Shown: one piece after another, positions 1-9,957 of the stretch
Numbering within the stretch: the first letter of the stretch is position 1
How the letters are laid out: each line of letters begins with the position of its first letter
NCBI GenBank assembly: GCA_965204745.1
Contig: OZ242010.1
Coordinates: forward strand, 800,001 to 864,000
Reading direction: 5' to 3'
DNA length: 64,000 nt
From: Candidatus Latescibacterota bacterium
GTDB taxonomy: Bacteria; Latescibacterota; UBA2968
Position numbers and translations under genes: made by a program
The notes under the pieces: model-generated
Databases searched by the model: none
What the model saw: the letters and a program-made list of their open reading frames with translations, nothing else
What the model was told of the DNA's origin: nothing

Positions 1-1
1 T

Positions 2-151
2 ATCGCCCCTGCGGATTACATTTTTGAATTGCGCGTGGCGGATTTGGTGGAAGGCATAGGCGATACGAGCGACGTGGTGGTCGTGCGCGTGCGCGTGCGA
101 GATAGAAATGACCGCGATGCGGGGCTGCGACACTGGACGCGCTGGCAATGA
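2..151 (+). CDS. 3' end of a gene entering from the left edge (possible PKD/Ig-like C-terminus)
   Basis: Open frame IAPADYIFELRVADLVEG...RWQ* ends at TGA 149-151. Confidence 0.4.
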   Translation: MAPADYIFELRVADLVEGIGDTSDVVVVRVRVRDRNDRDAGLRHWTRWQ

Positions 152-302
152 TGGGCGGTCCATTCGCGCTGTCGCACGGCCCTTGTGGGATCGACTCATC
201 TGGCGGATAATGTGAAATTTCGGAACACTGCCCGAAGACGTGTTGCACAACACAAAGCGGGCGCGTTGTTTGGAACATCACCCCAAACCAAAGGAGTACA
301 TT

Positions 303-1091
303 GTGAAACCCAACATCATTCGAGAAAAACTGGACGCGGGCGAGCCGACCATCGGCACGCGCATTCACTCGAGTTGGCCGGCGATTGTGGAAGCGATTGG
401 ACATACGGGGCTGTACGACTATGTCGAATACGTCGGCGAATACGGCACGTTTGACCTCTACGATCTCGACAATCTGTGCCGCGCAGCCGAGTTGTACGAC
501 ATGGGCATGATGTTTAAGATTGACCGCAGCCATCAGCACTTCTTGGCGCAACGGGCGATTGGGTCCGGGTTCGGTAGCATTTTGTTCACCGATTGCCGCA
601 CGGAAGAAGACGCCAAAACCTGTGTGCGCGTGACCCTGCCCGATACGCCAGAAGACGGCGGTCTTTACAGCGTGTACACGCGGCGCAATACGTATATGGG
701 CTATGGCGGTGGCGCCGAGTACGTGAAGGCCATGCGGGATACAGTGGTCGTGCTGATGATCGAAAAAAAGGAGGCGGTGGAAAATCTGGAGGCGATTCTC
801 TCGGTTCCGGGCGTGGATATGGTGCAGTGGGGCCCTTCGGATTATTCGATGAGCGTTGGCAAGGCCGGGCAGCGCAATGACCCGGGCGTGTTGGACGCGC
901 ACAATGAAGTGTTCAAGACTGCGCTGAGCATGGGCATTCCCCCCCGCGCAGAGATCATGTCGTCCGACGAGGCAAAGGCGTATCTCGACATGGGCGTGCG
1001 CCACTTCAACATCGGGGTCGATATTTCAATCCTGCATTCCTGGTGGCGCAACAATGGCGACGCGCTGAGAAAAGCCGTCGAAGGCGCGTGA
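303..1091 (+). CDS. HpcH/HpaI aldolase/citrate lyase family protein
   Basis: AAGGAG RBS then GTG at 303; MIEKKEAVENLEAILSVPGVD..GPSDYS motif. Confidence 0.85.
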   Translation: MKPNIIREKLDAGEPTIGTRIHSSWPAIVEAIGHTGLYDYVEYVGEYGTFDLYDLDNLCRAAELYDMGMMFKIDRSHQHFLAQRAIGSGFGSILFTDCRTEEDAKTCVRVTLPDTPEDGGLYSVYTRRNTYMGYGGGAEYVKAMRDTVVVLMIEKKEAVENLEAILSVPGVDMVQWGPSDYSMSVGKAGQRNDPGVLDAHNEVFKTALSMGIPPRAEIMSSDEAKAYLDMGVRHFNIGVDISILHSWWRNNGDALRKAVEGA

Positions 1092-1099
1092 CCCGCATG

Positions 1100-1143
1100 A
1101 AAAAAACAACCGCCGAGGTTCAAGCCTCGGCGGTTACTTTTTG
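1100..1143. terminator. Bidirectional rho-independent terminator
   Basis: AACCGCCGAGG-ttcaag-CCTCGGCGGTT hairpin flanked by A and T tracts between convergent genes. Confidence 0.8.
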
Positions 1144-1225
1144 TTCGGTCAGTTACGGGGACATCGCCCACATGGGAGCGGAGGAGAGGATGGGAACGCA
1201 CAGGTGGGCGGCCTGACCACCGCCC

Positions 1226-2233
1226 CTAACCACCAGCCAGCAACTCATCGCCATACGCGAACAATGCAGGCGTGCCGCCCGTATGCACGAACACCACGGT
1301 TTGATCTTCGGCATACCACCCCGCGCGGATGTGATCGATCAGCGCGCCAAATGTTTTGCCCGCATAAACCGGATCGAGCAACAGCCCTTCGGTTTGCGCG
1401 GCGAGCAAAACCGCTTCTCGCGCCTCGGGCGTCAGCACCCCGTAAGCCGGGCCTGCGTACTTGCCGTAGCTCTCAAAATCGCACGCTGTAAAATGCAAAT
1501 CCAACTTCAGAATGTTGCACACTTCATTTGCCACATCCGCGAGTTGCACATTCTTCGCCGCATCGTCCTGTGGGCTTGGGCTGATGCCGATAATCCGCAC
1601 ATCCACGCCCAATGCTTTCGCGCCGACCACGAGCCCGGTATGCGTATGCACGCCCGCACAGACATAGATCGCATCGGGCCGGATACCCAACGCCTGCACC
1701 TGCTCCCACAATTCCAAAAACCCATCCACATACGAGACGCTGCGGTGGTAATAACCGTCCGAACTCGTGTTATACACCTTGTGCCCATCGGCATTCAGGG
1801 CCGCGATGATGGCTGCCTTTTCCTCCTCGCTTTCGATCAAATGCACGCTCGCGCCGAACAGATGCGTGAGCAATAAGTTGCCATTCACGGGGGTTGCATG
1901 CTCGTCCTTGCGCCCGACCATCACCGCCTTCATGCCCAACTTGGCCGCAACCGCTGCGGTCAGCCGCGATTGATTCGACTGCGATGCTGCGCCGTGCAAT
2001 AACACGTCATACCCCTCATCCACAGCAGGCGCGACCGAATACTCAAACTCGCGCACCTTGTTGCCCCCAAATGCCAAGCCCGTCTGATCCTCGCGCTTGA
2101 CCAACAGACGCGGCCCGCCCAAGGTCTTTGCCAACCGCGCACACTCGGTCAATGGCGTGGGCAAATCCGCCAGCGACAATCGGCTACACGTTCCCAATGC
2201 CGCTTTGATTTGTTGCATCGAATAGTCCATCAC
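1226..2233 (-). CDS. PLP-dependent D-cysteine desulfhydrase / ACC deaminase family protein
   Basis: KREDQTGLAFGGNKVR, QSNQSR, LLDPVYAGK and VHTGG motifs. Confidence 0.88.
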   Translation of the reverse strand: MMDYSMQQIKAALGTCSRLSLADLPTPLTECARLAKTLGGPRLLVKREDQTGLAFGGNKVREFEYSVAPAVDEGYDVLLHGAASQSNQSRLTAAVAAKLGMKAVMVGRKDEHATPVNGNLLLTHLFGASVHLIESEEEKAAIIAALNADGHKVYNTSSDGYYHRSVSYVDGFLELWEQVQALGIRPDAIYVCAGVHTHTGLVVGAKALGVDVRIIGISPSPQDDAAKNVQLADVANEVCNILKLDLHFTACDFESYGKYAGPAYGVLTPEAREAVLLAAQTEGLLLDPVYAGKTFGALIDHIRAGWYAEDQTVVFVHTGGTPALFAYGDELLAGG

Positions 2234-2403
2234 CTCGATAACCTACCGTTCGGAGAAGTGTTTATCCTGTTGGGAAATGTGGTCAGCGTGCATGCGTTGA
2301 AAAACAAAAATGCCTGGATCTTAAAGACTCGAGCATTTGGTGTTAAAAACGGAGTGTACCGGTTCTTCAAACATCAGATCGCAACATCTTACCACGCCGT
2401 GAA

Positions 2404-4965
2404 TTAGGCAGGAATAATTCTTCTTAGCGACTTGGCGAGTAAGTCCTCTACTTTTGATAATTCCTGTTGTAACCGATTCTTTTTTGCAGTCAAATCTGAA
2501 ATTTCCTCCATGAAGCCATCAATTGACGATAGGTCGTTTTTATTAGGGACAGGGACCATAATCGTTTCTAACTTGCTTTCTCTCAGATCGGGAGAGCCAG
2601 CCCCTTTACAGGCGAGAATCATCTGATCGCGGACAAAGTCCGTGTTGAGTATCTCGAGCAAATAGTGTGCGCTGACCATTGGCATCAGCGGGGTAAATCT
2701 GTTGGTGAGAATGTATCCAGCAGTCTCTTCGCCAACCAAAATGACCTCGCGTTTCGATTCTAGTGAATTGCGAGCATTTGGAAGCAAAAGCAACTCTTCA
2801 CCGCTTAATTCATACGTAGCTCGAGATGGGAGTTCCCCAATTGTGCGAATTTTAATTTTATCGGATTCTATTTTTCCCGTGTTTGGATCGAACGCACTGA
2901 CTTCCAAATACTTCAACATTCTATTTGGCGTTTCTCGCAATAACTTTCTGGAAATGCGACTTCTGTATATTGTGACGAGATCTGTTAAGGGAACTGTGTT
3001 TGAGCCGTTTGAATTTAGGCTATCCCTGATTTTCTGAGCGTCGGGATGATAAAACCATGGGTTGATATTATCTTCTTCTCGTAATTTTTTGACCGAGATC
3101 AAGTGATTTGAATCTCTTTTTTCATATTTATCGAGTAAGTCGGGGAAATCATTTTTGGAAATATTATGACCGAGCGTATTATACCCCACTTCGTTTGCCC
3201 AGCCGACAAACACTTTGTAATCAGTTCTTGGCTTTTTTCGTTTTTGAAAAAAAAGCAAGTCGCCGAGAATCCCGCAATCCGTGTGGTGAAATGCGGTCTT
3301 GGGAAGACCGATAACGGCCAAAATTTCCGTCCTATCAAAAATAACTTCTCTCAATTTTTTGAATGAATGCGATTCATTCTCAAAAATGCTTCTGGGAAGG
3401 ACTAAGCCCGCCCTGCCCCCTTCATCGAGAAGATCGATGATTTCTTCGACAAATACCAAAGCGCGATTTACACCTCTGATGTCTCCGGATTCATTTTTTC
3501 CCACCTTGTATTTTTTCAAAATTTCTCTGTCATTTTCATACCCTGCAAACGGTGGATTCGACAAAATGAGGGTAAATTTACCCGCCGTATTTTTGTGTTT
3601 GGCCTGCGTATCTAGTTTTAGGCCATGGTGCCTTACAATGCCCGCCCAGCCATCCCCGTGCATGATCATGTTCATCCGCGCTGCTCTTACCATCCGAGGG
3701 CTGAGGTCAACGCCGAAAACATTGTCGTTGGCAAAGTCCTTGATCAGCGTTTCAATTCTGTGTTGAGGAAGGTTTTGTTGATCTCGCCTGATGCCACAAG
3801 CGACTTTTCTCAACGCATAAATTAAGAAGCCGCCGCTACCACACGACGGATCCAGCACGATGTCATTGCGGTTCGGTTGGAGTAAATCCAGCATGAACTC
3901 GACCATCTTTCTCGGTGTGAAATATTGACCGAGCTCGCCTCTGAAAGTAGAACCGACTATGCTTTCATAAACAGTGCCTTTTGCGTCAATACCGATAAGG
4001 GAATTTCCCGTAAAGCTAAAACCTTGAAACGTTTCGATAACTTTTCTGATCGATTTATTGCTTATGGAAAACTCATCATCCCCTGGTTCTGAAAACAATT
4101 GCTTAAACTTGCTTTCATTTGCAGCCTTTTTTAGTAACTGCCTGATATGGTTGCCCGTATCGTCTGCGGTTTCACCCGATAAAACAGAAAATTCATAGAC
4201 AGAAGGCAATTCCTGTTCATCGTAAACTTTGACAAAGAACAGTTTGACCAGTTCATCAAATGCCTTTGCAGGATCAATTCCTTCAGCGTGAATCTGATCA
4301 TGGCTCGCCTTCACGAGACCCCGAAGCTGTTGTTCATCCGTAAGCGGTGGGAGTATGTGTTTTTTCGATAATCTTTCTCGCAGGGGTTTGGAACCTACCC
4401 ACTTGGGAATATCGCCAATTGGCGTTCCATCTAGGGGATGAGGCTGAGTCTCATAAGCATCGAATTGCTCGCTGTCAGTAATCAGATGGTATCTCGCACC
4501 CAATGCCCGAGCATAACTAGCAGCCTGTGCAGGTGCCCTACGATCCTGGCGACCGAGTGCCTTTCCTTCAATGACGATAAGTGCGGCATCTGGTCGCCTA
4601 TCTTTGTGCGTATAAACAACGAGGTCGGCATAGCTATCCCGTTGTTGGTTCGATGCCTTGTGCCCAATCCCACCGCAAGGAACCTCCAAATCTAGTTGTT
4701 CTGACGGGTACTGATACTCAAAGAGTAACTTGCACAAAATCCAATAGTGAACAATCGCCTCGTTTTCCTTTTTCATCCAACTTGAGAATAATTTGTTTAG
4801 GAGACGCTTGCCAATTTTCTTGGGATTCTCAGGATAATAATTTTTTAGAATTTTACTCATCTCAGCCGCTATTGTATCGTAGGCAGATTCCTTGTACTCC
4901 CTCAGCAGTTTTTTGATCTCGCCTTTGTGTTTTGTTGATATTTTTACCATAACGCAATCACTCAC
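2404..4965 (-). CDS. Fused restriction-modification enzyme (Type IIG-like: PD-(D/E)XK nuclease + N6-adenine MTase + one TRD)
   Basis: YADLVVY..IVIEGK; GQYFTP; DPSCGSGGF; NPPF; C-terminal HsdS-like half; AT-richer than neighbours. Confidence 0.82.
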   Translation of the reverse strand: MSDCVMVKISTKHKGEIKKLLREYKESAYDTIAAEMSKILKNYYPENPKKIGKRLLNKLFSSWMKKENEAIVHYWILCKLLFEYQYPSEQLDLEVPCGGIGHKASNQQRDSYADLVVYTHKDRRPDAALIVIEGKALGRQDRRAPAQAASYARALGARYHLITDSEQFDAYETQPHPLDGTPIGDIPKWVGSKPLRERLSKKHILPPLTDEQQLRGLVKASHDQIHAEGIDPAKAFDELVKLFFVKVYDEQELPSVYEFSVLSGETADDTGNHIRQLLKKAANESKFKQLFSEPGDDEFSISNKSIRKVIETFQGFSFTGNSLIGIDAKGTVYESIVGSTFRGELGQYFTPRKMVEFMLDLLQPNRNDIVLDPSCGSGGFLIYALRKVACGIRRDQQNLPQHRIETLIKDFANDNVFGVDLSPRMVRAARMNMIMHGDGWAGIVRHHGLKLDTQAKHKNTAGKFTLILSNPPFAGYENDREILKKYKVGKNESGDIRGVNRALVFVEEIIDLLDEGGRAGLVLPRSIFENESHSFKKLREVIFDRTEILAVIGLPKTAFHHTDCGILGDLLFFQKRKKPRTDYKVFVGWANEVGYNTLGHNISKNDFPDLLDKYEKRDSNHLISVKKLREEDNINPWFYHPDAQKIRDSLNSNGSNTVPLTDLVTIYRSRISRKLLRETPNRMLKYLEVSAFDPNTGKIESDKIKIRTIGELPSRATYELSGEELLLLPNARNSLESKREVILVGEETAGYILTNRFTPLMPMVSAHYLLEILNTDFVRDQMILACKGAGSPDLRESKLETIMVPVPNKNDLSSIDGFMEEISDLTAKKNRLQQELSKVEDLLAKSLRRIIPA

Positions 4966-4970
4966 GAGAA

Positions 4971-5071
4971 AGATGGGATTTTAGCCACAAACGGGGTACA
5001 ACTAGCGATAACCCGTTCAAAGGCGAGCAGTGTGTAGGGGCGATGCCCCCGTGCTCGCCCAAAGATACAAG
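4971..5071 (+). mobile_element. Miniature element copy A (REP-like hairpin + IS110-like terminus)
   Basis: AG|ATGGGATTTTAGCCACAAA...GTAGGGGCGATGCCCCCGTGCTCGCCC-AAAGATACA|AG; similar copies at 44386-44502 and 52019-52146. Confidence 0.65.
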
Positions 5072-5168
5072 AGGGGGTACTATTTGGATCAGTTCCCCCT
5101 CCCATTATGATAGACAGCGAGTTGTATTCGGTCAAGAATTTAATTTTTTTCTGCGAATCGCCCGCGGG

Positions 5169-6224
5169 TCACCGCCGCTCATTCTCGACCTCAACCGCTT
5201 GAAGCAGGGCTTTGATGAAGCCGAATTGAAAGGCGAATGCCTGTTCAAAATGCCCAGGCGCATCGTGCCCGGGCGCGTGGTCGGGGATGACCATGTGCGG
5301 GTAGCCCACTTCTTTGAGGGCGTGCATGAGGACAAACATGTTCATATCGCCTTCGTCCGGATACACTTCTTGAAACTCGTTGCGCCCCCCCGTGATGTTG
5401 CGAAAGTGGATGAGGTGAATTTTCTTGCGCTCGCCAAAATAGCGAATGATGTCCGCGACTTCGTTTCGCGGATCCAGAACGCTTTCGGCCATGCAACCGA
5501 GGCACAGATTGAGGCCGTGGTACGGGCTTGGGCAAATGTCGATAAAATGCTTGAACCCATCGTATCCGCCGAGCACGCGATCAACGCGCTTGTACCCGGG
5601 CGGCAACCACGGGTCGCACGGGTGGCAGGCCATTCGCACCTTGCATTCGGTGGCAACCGGAATGACGCGCTCTAAAAAAAAGGTGATGCGTTCCCAATTT
5701 TGTTCGGCGGTGACGGGTTCGTCGTAGCGCGGGGTGTCGGCGTCCGCTTTGGACAAGTCCCAGGTGGAATAGCGCACATTGCCGCGCCCGAGCGGGACGC
5801 TCTCCGTGCGTTGGTTCTCCATTTCGCAGAGAAAATACTTCAGCGCGGGGATGCCCGCATCTGCGGCGGCGCGCACCATGTCGCAGGCGATTTCGATTTC
5901 TTTTTCGCCGGCTTTCATGTTGCCGCACATAAACTCGGGCACAAAGTCGCCATTGAGATTGAGGTGTTGCACGGGCAAGGCGACCATCTCCACCTCGATG
6001 CCGTGTTTTGCGGCTTTTTCCTTTTTTGCCACGAGTTCTTCCACTGTCCAGCCACTGCTCGGATCCGGCGTGATTTCCCGAGCGTCGTTGATCGCCATGT
6101 TTGTGACGCCACACCGCGCGAGAAATTCGAGGTGTTCGTCAGACGTGGAAAAACGTTGCGTGCCAATGTGCATGCGCGGATTTTCCGCGTCCCAAACTGC
6201 ACCTGCATGCGTTTCTGCTGCCAT
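5169..6224 (-). CDS. uxuA: Mannonate dehydratase (UxuA family)
   Basis: ATG 6224 after AGGAGA; MACHPCDP, HFRN, GDMNM, PDHAP motifs. Confidence 0.75.
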   Translation of the reverse strand: MAAETHAGAVWDAENPRMHIGTQRFSTSDEHLEFLARCGVTNMAINDAREITPDPSSGWTVEELVAKKEKAAKHGIEVEMVALPVQHLNLNGDFVPEFMCGNMKAGEKEIEIACDMVRAAADAGIPALKYFLCEMENQRTESVPLGRGNVRYSTWDLSKADADTPRYDEPVTAEQNWERITFFLERVIPVATECKVRMACHPCDPWLPPGYKRVDRVLGGYDGFKHFIDICPSPYHGLNLCLGCMAESVLDPRNEVADIIRYFGERKKIHLIHFRNITGGRNEFQEVYPDEGDMNMFVLMHALKEVGYPHMVIPDHAPGHDAPGHFEQAFAFQFGFIKALLQAVEVENERR

Positions 6225-6236
6225 GGTGATTCTCCT

Positions 6237-6409
6237 GTGAGACGTGAGACGTGAGACGGAAGGCGTGAGACGTGAGACGTGAGACGTGAGACGGAAGGCG
6301 TGAGACGTGAGACGTGAGACGTGAGACGTGAGACGTGAGACGTGAGACGTGAGACGTGAGACGTGAGACGTGAGACGTGAGACGTGAGACGTGAGACGTG
6401 AGACGTGAG
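6237..6409. repeat. Heptamer tandem repeat (GTGAGAC)n, roughly 24 units
   Basis: Directly visible, with two GGAAGGC variant units. Confidence 0.95.
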
Positions 6410-6546
6410 AAGATAGCGCGATTATTTTTTTTTGCAACAATGATTATTGTTAGCGATGCGAAACTTTGCTATCTTCAAAAGCAATGACCCACTGACAACT
6501 GACAACAGATGGCTTGGGCGACGTGCCCGCCCGATAGGAGCCTGCC

Positions 6547-7797
6547 ATGAACGTTGAAATCAACAAGCACGCCCTTGACCGCGTGCCATTGTCGATTATT
6601 TTTGACGATTCAACCGTGCTGGTCAATTTGAATTACTTTTGGATGCGCGACCGTCAGGCCGTGGAAGGCACGGCGTATCGCTGGGAAGATGTGCCTGTGG
6701 TGCATCCCGAATCGTTCACGCGCGAATTTGCAGAGTTTTGTCTGGAGAATGACGTCAAGGGCAAGTTCAGCGTGGTGCCGTGCCCGGCCGCGCTTGGGCG
6801 CATTGACCACGGCTTGCCGATGTTTTCGCAAGCGCAACAAGCGCAGTGGTTGGCAATGTGCAGAGAACTGATCATGCCGAATTACGACATCACGCCGGAG
6901 ATGATCACGCACACTTTTGTGGTAGATCTGGAAACCCTGCGACCCATCGATCCGAATTTGTGGGAGCAACACGGGTGGAATAATCTGCCGACCGACGAAG
7001 AAGAGCGCGTGATGGATTACATCGCGCTGGCGTGCGAGATTTTGCACAATGTGGGGTTGACCCCTGCCGGCGTGACGAGTCCGGGCGGGTTTGGTAATCC
7101 CATCGACTTTTACGCCAAGTGCGCGGAAAATGCCGTGCGCCGGGTGACGGGCAACCCAACGCCCTATTTGTTCAAGCGGGTATCGTCCAAGGGGCCGGTG
7201 GATTGCCCGGTGTGGTATCCCAAACCCGAGCGCGGCGAGGCCATGGGCGAGGTCATCGCAGCCACGGGCGACAAAACCGGGTCGTGGACCGGCTACGGCG
7301 AGGTGGATGTGGATTATTACATCGCGTCAGACCTTCGACGCGGGCGGTTGCCCGAGGTGATCGACGCGGGCGATCCGGGCGTGATGATCAGCCACTGGCA
7401 GGGGTTTTACGGCTTGCACGATGGGGATCGGCGTGGGTTTCGGGCGTTTCAGACCATCGTGCGCCGGCTCAAAGAACGCGATCCAAATGGCGAGCGGTCA
7501 CAGTGGCGCAAGTGCAGCGAGATCACCAATTACGCAATCGCGTGCGAGATGGCCGATGTTTCGGTGGCTGGACAGCGCATCGCACTCGATTTGCCCGTGC
7601 AAGTGCCGGCGTTCACCTTGCGATTGCGCGATGTGGTGGTCGCAGGCGTAACGGTAAATGGCAAACCCCTGACGCGGGCACAGACGCGCTCCGCATTTGA
7701 AGATGGCACCTTTTACCGAGAGGGCGATGTGACCTTTGTCGCCTTCACGCCAGAAGCCCGAGCGGTGCGGGTTGAGGTGGAAAAAGGGGAGAGGTGA
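6547..7797 (+). CDS. Hypothetical protein, possibly polysaccharide-deacetylase-like fold
   Basis: AGGAG RBS; IIFDD, EMITHT and SPGG motifs; 416 aa. Confidence 0.55.
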   Translation: MNVEINKHALDRVPLSIIFDDSTVLVNLNYFWMRDRQAVEGTAYRWEDVPVVHPESFTREFAEFCLENDVKGKFSVVPCPAALGRIDHGLPMFSQAQQAQWLAMCRELIMPNYDITPEMITHTFVVDLETLRPIDPNLWEQHGWNNLPTDEEERVMDYIALACEILHNVGLTPAGVTSPGGFGNPIDFYAKCAENAVRRVTGNPTPYLFKRVSSKGPVDCPVWYPKPERGEAMGEVIAATGDKTGSWTGYGEVDVDYYIASDLRRGRLPEVIDAGDPGVMISHWQGFYGLHDGDRRGFRAFQTIVRRLKERDPNGERSQWRKCSEITNYAIACEMADVSVAGQRIALDLPVQVPAFTLRLRDVVVAGVTVNGKPLTRAQTRSAFEDGTFYREGDVTFVAFTPEARAVRVEVEKGER

Positions 7798-7897
7798 TAA
7801 TCGGGATGATAGCAAAATCCCTTGGGATCCAAGCGCGTGTTCGGGTGGTGGTTGAACGAATTGGCGAAATAACGGAAACAACGCGAGGAGATTGGCT

Positions 7898-8560
7898 ATG
7901 GCACAATTGAGCGAAAGCGCGGTTATTACAATTGAGGATGGCGTTTTTCGCAGTGGCGATGCGGGGATGTGCTCCGGCCCCTTTTTCGAGGGAACGGATG
8001 TACCGATTCAAAAGTTGTTTGACTGTCAAAAAAAGGGCGGTAGCCTGCACCTTTTTCTTCATCACTTCCCATCCGTGAGTCTTGATCAAGCACTGAACGC
8101 ACTTCAAAAACATGTGCATCAAAAAACGAGTGGCGTTATTCACTTCGACGCGGAGATAGCGAGCGATACGGCCGTTTTTGTTGGGACCCGCGTGCCGGTG
8201 AAGAACTTATTTACCTACCTGATCGAGGGCTATAACCTGAAGGATTTTCATTATGATTTTCCGACTGTGTTGCGAGAGCAGACGGGTGCCGTGCTCGAAA
8301 TGGCCAGGGATGTTCTGGAGCAGAACGCCTATAAGGCTCCGAACAGCGTTTTTCACAGCGACCACAACATTATGGGGGGAACACCAGTATTTATGGGTAC
8401 CCGGTTGCCGGTTAAAAATCTGTTTGACTGCTTGACCGCCGCATATAGCCTGAAAGATTTTTATTACGAATTTCCATCCGCGAGTCCGGAACAGTTGGTG
8501 GCAATCCTCAAAATGGCTCAGAAAGTCTTGGAGAAAGAGGTCCATGCGGCTACTGCTTGA
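7898..8560 (+). CDS. DUF433-family antitoxin with three tandem DUF433 units
   Basis: Three G(T)PxFxGTRxPVxxLF-like motifs; GAGGAG RBS. Confidence 0.8.
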   Translation: MAQLSESAVITIEDGVFRSGDAGMCSGPFFEGTDVPIQKLFDCQKKGGSLHLFLHHFPSVSLDQALNALQKHVHQKTSGVIHFDAEIASDTAVFVGTRVPVKNLFTYLIEGYNLKDFHYDFPTVLREQTGAVLEMARDVLEQNAYKAPNSVFHSDHNIMGGTPVFMGTRLPVKNLFDCLTAAYSLKDFYYEFPSASPEQLVAILKMAQKVLEKEVHAATA

Positions 8561-8873
8561 CGAATCAGTTACTTGGGACCTGCGACCTCTTCTGATGGGC
8601 GCACATGAAGTCACGACTGCCAGATATCTGGGGTGGGATGGCAAACGCAATGGCGAACTTTTGACGCTGGCCCGAAACGAGTTTGACGTTATCATTACCA
8701 CAGACCAAAACATCCCATACCAGCAACACATCACGGAAGCCGATGTCGCTGTGGTCGTTCTCGCCGCAAAAACGAATGGCATCAATGACTTGAGGCCGTT
8801 GTTGCCCGATCTGCTGAAAAGTCTAGATGTTCTGAAACGCGGTGAAATCGTCCGAATTGAGGCACAGCCATGA
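8544..8873 (+). CDS. DUF5615 PIN-like toxin
   Basis: MRLLLDES..NGELL..FDVIITTDQN; overlaps the DUF433 gene. Confidence 0.85.
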   Translation: MRLLLDESVTWDLRPLLMGAHEVTTARYLGWDGKRNGELLTLARNEFDVIITTDQNIPYQQHITEADVAVVVLAAKTNGINDLRPLLPDLLKSLDVLKRGEIVRIEAQP

Positions 8874-8996
8874 CACACCCGACCAAAAGCGGTGAGATGC
8901 GACAGGCATATCCTCGCCCGCGGTGTGATGAACCGCGCACCGCGTTTTTTTTTGTCCAAAGAAAAGGATTTTTTCAACCGACTTTATCTCGGGTAG

Positions 8997-9957
8997 GTGG
9001 CGATGAAAAGAAACCGAACCCGTAGGGATACCTCGCTGAATGTATGGCCATCTTTTACGGATCTGATTACGTCTATTTTTATTTTTGCGATGTTTTTGCT
9101 CATTTTGATGGTCGTGCAAAACTATATCAGTTTGGTGCAGTTGAGCCACCTGCATCGCATTGTCGGCAGTATCTTCAACGATTTGGATGATTTGAAGCGG
9201 GTTATGGAAGGGGAAGAAGTCGAAGTGGAGAAAGGGACAATCGTCATCAAAAGCGATGTCCTTTTTCCTTTTAATAGGTGGGAGATACGAGATATACCTT
9301 CTCGGGCATTGGAAGATTTGCGGCGTATTGGACAAAAGTTGAAGACGTATTTGGACAGCCGCCGGAGTCAAAAGTTCAGGATTGTCATCGAGGGGCACAC
9401 AGATACGATGGGGCCTTCAGAAAATAACGACCGGCTTTCGTATCAACGCGCCCAATCGCTCGCGTTGCTCTGGAGAAGAAATATCGGATTTACGCCAGAG
9501 CATTACGAACTCATTCCGGCGGGTTTGGGAGCGTCCAACCCCAAAATCGAAGTCAAAAGAGATACGATCACCATTTACAGCGATGTGTTTTCACCTTCGG
9601 GGATGTGGGATGGCGAGCGCATTCTCCCTTCTGCACGAGAGGACTTGGAAAGTATTGGGCGGATACTGAAGGAAGCACGGCAACGAGATGGAAAATTCGC
9701 CATAGCCATCAAAGCGCGAACAGACACCTCGATGGTTTCCGATCTTTCCGACAAGCGCGTCTCGTCGCTCGTGTTGCTCTGGCAAAATATTGGCCTCACG
9801 CAGGAATATTATGAACTGGTATCGCTGGGGGGCGGGAAATTTCAGATCGCAGCGATTGACAGCAAGTTGAGGAAAGCCGTTGAAAACGCGAATCGACGGG
9901 TCGAGGTCAAGATCATTCCCAAGTTCAGCGAGTTAGAACCTTTTTACCGCAACAAAC
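8997..9957 (+). CDS. MotB/ZorB-like membrane protein with duplicated OmpA-like domain; extreme 3' end interrupted by IS5
   Basis: WPSFTD + TM helix; IEGHTD..NDRLSYQRA; ANRRVEV; native end LKK* displaced to 11151-11162. Confidence 0.8.

Noticed and set aside
6225-6440. N-terminal (SHVSRLT)n extension of UxuA in the ORF track
   Set aside because: Translation of the heptamer microsatellite; a good RBS and ATG lie at 6224
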